A stretch of 64,000 nucleotides of DNA from an uncultured Solirubrobacterales bacterium (GTDB taxonomy: Bacteria; Actinomycetota; Thermoleophilia; Solirubrobacterales; 70-9). A model generated the notes under the pieces. That model saw only the letters and a list, made by a program, of their open reading frames with translations. It was not told the DNA's origin and searched no databases. Positions 60,001 through 64,000 of the stretch are shown in pieces. Position 1 is the first letter of the stretch. Each line of letters opens with the position of its first letter. The translations under genes and the position numbers were made by a program. The stretch lies in assembly GCA_963814915.1 (NCBI GenBank), contig CAWFEI010000008.1:20179-84178 (forward strand), written 5' to 3'.

Positions 60001-60581
60001 CCCGTGCCGGCGGTGTTCGTACCGATCTGGCTGCGCTTGATCAGGGTCTGCTCGCTGTTGACGAGGATCCCGACTTCGGTGAAGCGGCCGACCGTGAGGC
60101 CGCAGACGAGGCTCTTCTGTCCGTTGATCTGCAGCCCGATGTCGACCGCTCCTTGGCCGTCGATGAAGATCGCGTTGGCCGGCGTCGTGGCGCATTCGGG
60201 ATCGCTCCCGGCGTTGATCTCGACCCGCTTGGCGAGGGTCGGCAGCGGCGAAGCGGGCTGGATCGTCATCGCGCCGGAGAAGCCGATCGTGTGCGATCCG
60301 CCTTCGGGGTCGAGCGCGTTTGCCTCCTGGATCGCGGCGCGCAGCGTGCAGTCGGCCTCGCTGCCGTCGTCGTTCGGGTCGCAGTCGCCGTCGCCCGCAG
60401 CGCCGTCGGTGCTGTCGAGGTTGCTGGCGACGACGAAGCTGTCGGGCGCCGCCTGCGCCGCGGCGGCCGCCACCAGCCAGAACACGGCAGCGACGGTCAA
60501 CAGCATGGCGAGCCGAGCGGGGCCACGCGCCCGGCGCTGCGATTCCTCGAGTCCCATCGCCAGCGAGGATGCAGCCCCCAC
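57093..60581 (-). CDS. Large secreted CSLREA-domain / right-handed parallel beta-helix repeat protein, with a Pro-rich linker and an Arg-rich C-terminal domain
   Basis: 1162-aa ORF. It has:
- a signal peptide (ARLAMLLTVAAVFWLVAAAAAQA);
- a CSLREA-type motif (DCTLRAAIQEAN);
- at least 10 repeats of about 63 aa of the form GNYIG.D..G....N...G..I......IGG...G.GNVISGN...G..I;
- a terminal NDPLDADETPANRGQNYP segment.

The exact start may be an internal Met. Confidence 0.85.
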   Translation of the reverse strand: MGAASSLAMGLEESQRRARGPARLAMLLTVAAVFWLVAAAAAQAAPDSFVVASNLDSTDGAAGDGDCDPNDDGSEADCTLRAAIQEANALDPEGGSHTIGFSGAMTIQPASPLPTLAKRVEINAGSDPECATTPANAIFIDGQGAVDIGLQINGQKSLVCGLTVGRFTEVGILVNSEQTLIKRSQIGTNTAGTGAMANQFGIQVSADEVWIEANLISGNTTAGVRIVSASSDTVFRGNRIGTVASGASALGNGTGIRVEDGYSTRIGGSSVAERNVISGNSTGIWVFGSSSGAKIEGNFIGASASGSGAVPNTGSGVWLNSSGSQTIGGAVSAPAQSTAACDDACNVISANGVNGVLIEDGTVTVSGNYVGIDLAGTGTLAQPVGISLGEDAQGVTIGGTSAARRNVIAGNTSTGVRISGAEVSGNKVEGNYIGIGPDGTTGQGNGTFGVSVGGDAADNTIGGATAGARNVISAAGQFGVVISGAGEGNKVEGNYIGTDAGGTLPRPSTNAGLRVIATNGTTIGGSAAGAGNVISGNGQYGVEIFSGDENSVLGNYLGPDATGLSAPGSQDTGVLISKGSGNQIGGGGVGEHNVISGNESGGIWLSGAETVGNSVVGNYVGLAADGDSVLANDFSGILVSGLAAENTIGGEGAAEGNVVSGNGTEGVRLENSLRTELLGNLIGTDPSGLEDRGNTGVGVLVAGDEERIGRAGAGNAISGNGNHGISISSSAAAPVIQGNLIGLAVDGETPLGNNSAGIDASIPDAATIGGSGAGEGNTISANAVDGISMLLATDTSAILGNRIGTSVDGALARGNGATGVDIANSTGVAVGGTAAGEGNTISANAENGIRVSGSTSFDNRLLGNSIYANGDLGIDLVGAAGVEANDPLDADETPANRGQNYPELATALTEFGETTVTGSLGSEPEHKYRLEFFASPSCDESGNGEGRTLLGAAIVTTDAGGDATIEANLPSTAPEQLLTATATDLDPGDPDGTSEFSACLPIPADSTPPDPEGPADPGPGGDSGAGPGAGSGPPPAAPPAAGSPPLAASPGLAVLKGRRAAVRGGKAWLKLVCRAGAGAVCRGVVRLTVRLRSGASGRNGRRAVKIGAAAYRLPAGRRRLLGVKLSGRGARLVRRAGRRGLAARAAGPRLKGGRLRLKPRRH
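57990..59800 (-). repeat. In-frame tandem coding repeats with a period of about 189 bp, inside the beta-helix gene
   Basis: Antisense track ORFs start in phase at 58729, 58918, 59101, 59290 and 59479 (steps of 189, 183, 189 and 189 nt). Four of them begin MP(T/S)T(L/E) and the fifth begins MPETV. The sense protein shows the matching ~63-aa super-repeat. Confidence 0.7.
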
Positions 60582-60649
60582 GCGGCGGCTTCAATGGCTT
60601 GCTCCGCATACTTTCGGCCCGCCTCCGAAGGCTTTCCAGGGACGTGGGT

Positions 60650-63472
60650 ATGGTCCCGTCAATGCCCGGCGCGGCAAAGCAGAGCTCGTCCGCGGCGCCG
60701 ACGAGCGAGCGCCTGCTGGAGCGGGTGGACGAGCGCCGGGCGCTGGCCGACGCGATGCGGGCCGCGCAGCAGGGCGAGGGCGGGGTCGCGATCGTCGAAG
60801 GGCCGGCCGGGGTCGGCAAGACGGCGCTGCTGGAGGCCTTCCGGACCGGCGCCGGGAACGGAGCGACGGGGGCCACCGCCCGCGGCTCGGAGCTGGAGAG
60901 CGAGTTTGCCTTCGGCGTCGTCCTGCAGCTGCTCGACCCGCTGGTCTCCGGCGACGGCGGCGCCACCTTCGAGGGCGCGGCCGCACTCGCCCGGCCGCTG
61001 TTCGAGCGGGCCGAGATCGAGACCGGGCGCGACGCGATCTTCCCCCTGCTGCACGGCCTGCACTGGCTCTGCGCCAACCTCGGCGAGCGGGCGCCGCTGG
61101 TGCTCTGCGTCGATGATCTGCAGTGGGTCGACGAGCCGTCGCTGCGCTTTCTCGCCTACCTGGGGGCGCGCGTGGCCGAGCTGCCGGTGCTGATCGTGGG
61201 AGCCCGGCGCAGCGGCGAGCCGAGCAGCGCCGAAGGAGTGTTGGACGAGATCGTGGCCTTGCCGGGCGCGACACGACTACTCCCGGCGGAGCTAAGCGAG
61301 AGCGCCGTCGCCGAGCTCGCCCAGCGCGAGCTCGGCGAGGCGGCGACCGCCGACCTGAGCAGCGAGTGCTGGCGTCGCAGCGGAGGCAACCCCCTGTTCG
61401 TGCGCGAGCTACTGCGCGTGGCACGCGAGGCCGAGGATCCCAATGGCGAAGCGCTCAAGAGCGACCTCCCGGAAACCGTCGCCAACCTGGTGAGGCGCCG
61501 GGTGGACCGGATGCCGGCCGCTACGCGGGGAGTGGCGGGAGCGCTGGCGATCCTGGGCGACTCGGCCACGGTGGCCGAGATCGAAGCGGTCGCCGATCTG
61601 CCCGCCAACGACACCCACGCCGGGCTCGACCGGCTCGCCGCGGCGGACCTGATCGATCCCGCCGGCCGCCTCGGCTTCCGCCACCCGATCATGCGCCAGG
61701 CGGTCGCCGAGGCGATCCCGGCCGGCGAGCAGGCGGCCCTGCGGATGCGCGCCGCGCGCGCGGTCGCTCCGCGCGATCCCAAGCGCGCCGCCACCCATTT
61801 GATCGACGCCCGGCCCGACGGCCCGAGCGGCGAGCCGTGGGCCGCCGACCTACTGCGCAGCGCGGCCACGGTAGCCCGCGCCGGCGAAGAGGCGATCGCC
61901 TACCTGCGCCGCGCTCTGGAGGAGCCGATGGGAGAGGGCAAGCGACGCGAGACGCTGCTCGACCTGGGCAGGATCGAGGCGAGCGCCGGCGACGGCGAGG
62001 CGCTCGGGCACCTGGCCGAGGCAGGCAGCCTCGCCACCGACCCGGTCGAGCGAGCGCGCATCGCCCTGGTCCGGGGCGACGCGCTCTTCCACCTCGCCGC
62101 CCTGGAGGAATGCTCGGCCGTCTGCCGCGAGGCGATCGCCGAGCTGGGCGGAGCGGACCGCGAGCTGCGCCTGGCCCTGGAGGCGACCGCGCTCAACGCC
62201 GACGCGCTGCGCGGCGTCAACCGCAAGCGCCCGACAGAGCTGGCCGAGGAGGTCTCGGCAGCCGTCACGGCCGGGGAGCGGGCGGTGCTGGTGCACGTGG
62301 TCGCCGACCTCGCCGCGACCGGGGCGGAGCCGGCCGATGCGGTCGCGGCGCTCGGCCGGCGGGCGCTGGCCGGCGGCCGGCTGCTCGAGGAGGTCGGCCC
62401 ATCTTCGCCGATCTACATCTACGCGGGCACGGCGATGGCCTGGGCCGGCGACCACGACGCCGTGCTCGAGCTGACCACCGCGGGGCTGCGCGAGGCGCGC
62501 CGGCGTGGCTCGGCGATCGGGGTCAGCTACTCGGCGGCCTTGCGCTCCGGCACGGCGCTGCTGGCGGGGGACCTGGCGCTGGCGGAGGCCGACGCCGAGC
62601 TTGTCGTCTCGGAACTGCCGGGCGCCGACCCGATGGCCTACGCGGCGGCGCTGGCATGGCTGATCGAAGCCCTGATCGAGCGCGGGCGACTCGCCGACGC
62701 CCGCGCCGCCCTGGAGCGCAGTGGCCTGACCGGAGAGCTACCCGAGCTGGGCACGATCGATCACCTGCTGCTGGCCCGCGGCTCGCTGTCCCGTGCCGAG
62801 GGAGACACCGAGCTGGCCCTGAGCGAAGTCGAAGAGGTCGGCCGCCGAGCCACCCGGGCCCGCTACCTCAACCCCGCCGCGATGGCCTGGCGCTCACGCA
62901 GCGCCGGCCTGCTCGCCGGCGACGGCAACCGCGACCTTGCGATCGAACGGGTCGAGGAAGAGCTCACCCGCGCCCGCGCCTTCGGCGCCCGCCGCGCGAT
63001 CGGAGTGGCGCTGCGCAGGCGCGGCGCGATCGCCGGGGGCGAGGAAGGGCTGGCCGACCTGCGCGAGGCGATCGACCTGCTCGACGGCGCCGCGCGGGTC
63101 GAGCACGCCCGGGCCGTGGTCGAGCTGGGCGAAGCGCTGCACGCCGCCGGGCGGGAGGACGCCCGCGAGACGCTCTACCGCGGCATGGACCTCGCCCACC
63201 GCTCGGGCGCCCACGCGCTGGTAGAGGAGGCGATGGACGGGCTGCGCGCCACCGGGGCACGGCCGCGGCGGCCGCGGGTCACGGGCATCGATGCGCTCAC
63301 GCCGCAGGAGCGGCGGATTGCCCAGATGGCCGCCGAGAGGGCAGGCAACCGCGAGATCGCCGAGGCGCTCTTCCTCACCCGCCGCACGGTCGAGATGCAC
63401 CTCTCCAACGCCTACCGCAAGCTCGGGATCGATTCGCGGGAGGAGCTCCCCGACGCGCTCGGCGCCGCTTAG
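60650..63472 (+). CDS. LAL-type (large ATP-binding LuxR family) transcriptional regulator
   Basis: Walker A motif VEGPAGVGKTALLEAF, a long helical/TPR-like middle region, and a C-terminal LuxR HTH (LTPQERRIAQMAAERAGNREIAEALFLTRRTVEMHLSNAYRKLGI). I prefer the start at ATG 60650 or 60662; the track start at 60320 overlaps the divergent gene. Confidence 0.85.
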   Translation: MVPSMPGAAKQSSSAAPTSERLLERVDERRALADAMRAAQQGEGGVAIVEGPAGVGKTALLEAFRTGAGNGATGATARGSELESEFAFGVVLQLLDPLVSGDGGATFEGAAALARPLFERAEIETGRDAIFPLLHGLHWLCANLGERAPLVLCVDDLQWVDEPSLRFLAYLGARVAELPVLIVGARRSGEPSSAEGVLDEIVALPGATRLLPAELSESAVAELAQRELGEAATADLSSECWRRSGGNPLFVRELLRVAREAEDPNGEALKSDLPETVANLVRRRVDRMPAATRGVAGALAILGDSATVAEIEAVADLPANDTHAGLDRLAAADLIDPAGRLGFRHPIMRQAVAEAIPAGEQAALRMRAARAVAPRDPKRAATHLIDARPDGPSGEPWAADLLRSAATVARAGEEAIAYLRRALEEPMGEGKRRETLLDLGRIEASAGDGEALGHLAEAGSLATDPVERARIALVRGDALFHLAALEECSAVCREAIAELGGADRELRLALEATALNADALRGVNRKRPTELAEEVSAAVTAGERAVLVHVVADLAATGAEPADAVAALGRRALAGGRLLEEVGPSSPIYIYAGTAMAWAGDHDAVLELTTAGLREARRRGSAIGVSYSAALRSGTALLAGDLALAEADAELVVSELPGADPMAYAAALAWLIEALIERGRLADARAALERSGLTGELPELGTIDHLLLARGSLSRAEGDTELALSEVEEVGRRATRARYLNPAAMAWRSRSAGLLAGDGNRDLAIERVEEELTRARAFGARRAIGVALRRRGAIAGGEEGLADLREAIDLLDGAARVEHARAVVELGEALHAAGREDARETLYRGMDLAHRSGAHALVEEAMDGLRATGARPRRPRVTGIDALTPQERRIAQMAAERAGNREIAEALFLTRRTVEMHLSNAYRKLGIDSREELPDALGAA

Positions 63473-64000
63473 CGGAGGTCGAGGGTGAGAAGGTTGACGC
63501 GCTTCTTGCCCCGCTTGCCGCGCTTGGACTTGCGGAAGGTCACAGCCTTGCCGCGGCGCACGGTGCTGCCGGTAACCGGCTTGAAGACGAGCCTGACCGG
63601 GACGGTCAGCTTGCCGCGCCGGCGCAGCTTCGCCTTCCCCGCCCGGGTCAGCTTGACGGTGAGGTAGGCCTTGCCGGCGCTCTTGACGCGGCGCTTGGCG
63701 GGGATCAGCAGCTTTGTCTTGCGCCGCTTTGCCCTCGACTTCCCCTTGCGCCTACCGCGCGCCTTGCTGACGCTTGCGCGCGCCGAGCGGAGCAGGGGCG
63801 CGAAGGCGCGCAGCAGGCCAGGGCCGGGCGCGGCGACGCCGAGCCGGGCGCGCGTTCCGCCCGGCAACAGCTTGAGGCCGGGCAGGAGGCGGAAGGGAGC
63901 GGGGGGCGGAGTGACGAGCGGCGGCGTGACCGGAGCGACGGTTTCGGCGACCGGGGTCGTCGTCGGCGCCGGCTGGTAATCGCCGTTGACGAGCACCGCC
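63469..64000 (-). CDS. Partial gene (C-terminal part only): a Pro-rich linker plus an extremely Lys/Arg-rich C-terminal domain
   Basis: The frame stays open to the window end. The tail is ...KAYLTVKLTRAGKAKLRRRGKLTVPVRLVFKPVTGSTVRRGKAVTFRKSKRGKRGKKRV, analogous in layout to the tail of the beta-helix protein. Confidence 0.5.
   Translation of the reverse strand, partial: AVLVNGDYQPAPTTTPVAETVAPVTPPLVTPPPAPFRLLPGLKLLPGGTRARLGVAAPGPGLLRAFAPLLRSARASVSKARGRRKGKSRAKRRKTKLLIPAKRRVKSAGKAYLTVKLTRAGKAKLRRRGKLTVPVRLVFKPVTGSTVRRGKAVTFRKSKRGKRGKKRVNLLTLDLR

Noticed and set aside
60320-60649. An upstream extension of the LAL regulator ORF (track start 60320)
   Set aside because: It would overlap the divergent beta-helix gene by about 260 nt, and its translation is Arg/Pro-rich. 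Recognisable protein sequence starts just before the Walker A motif, from ATG 60650 or 60662.

Overview
A high-GC (about 70%) actinobacterial-type chromosome segment. Gene content suggests Thermoleophilia such as Conexibacter or Solirubrobacter, but the taxon is inference only. From left to right the window holds:
- **1-19 kb:** a partial GH3 gene; a biotin cluster (bioB-bioF-bioD, with bioA separated from them by a marR-MFS pair); an ECF sigma/anti-sigma pair; Nudix, LemA, rubredoxin plus a GMC oxidoreductase, and SOD; a SigB-type partner-switching module (sigma, RsbW-like kinase, STAS antagonist, decayed GAF-PP2C phosphatase); MscS and YihY.
- **20-24 kb:** an IS256-family insertion with an 8-bp target duplication, tRNA-Pro(CGG), and a small, more AT-rich islet.
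- **24-33 kb:** beta-carbonic anhydrase, a DsbA-like protein, an acyl-CoA ligase, patatin, PBP4, surE, ligA and truA.
- **33.5-53 kb:** the complete alpha, spc and S10 ribosomal-protein clusters plus tuf and fusA, all on the minus strand.
- **53-64 kb:** rpsL-rpsG on the plus strand, divergent from fusA; then a flavin monooxygenase, a 1162-aa CSLREA/beta-helix secreted protein, a large LuxR-type ATPase regulator, and a partial gene with a very basic tail.

I found no CRISPR array, no rRNA gene and no recognisable defence system. The signals most worth a second look are non-genic:
1. A roughly 110-nt block-conserved element occurs in three copies inside the ribosomal clusters. Two copies lie in sense orientation directly 5' of rpsE and rpsL. 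One lies antisense in the secY-adk spacer.
2. A 91-nt nested-hairpin repeat flanks truA in inverted orientation. All six nucleotide differences between the two copies are compensatory in the inner stem.
3. Next to tRNA-Pro there is a hairpin and an array of four helically phased GCATGCA boxes.
4. A perfect 19-bp palindrome sits in the unusual fusA/rpsL divergent spacer.

All protein-family calls come from motif recognition by eye on the supplied translations. No database search was run.
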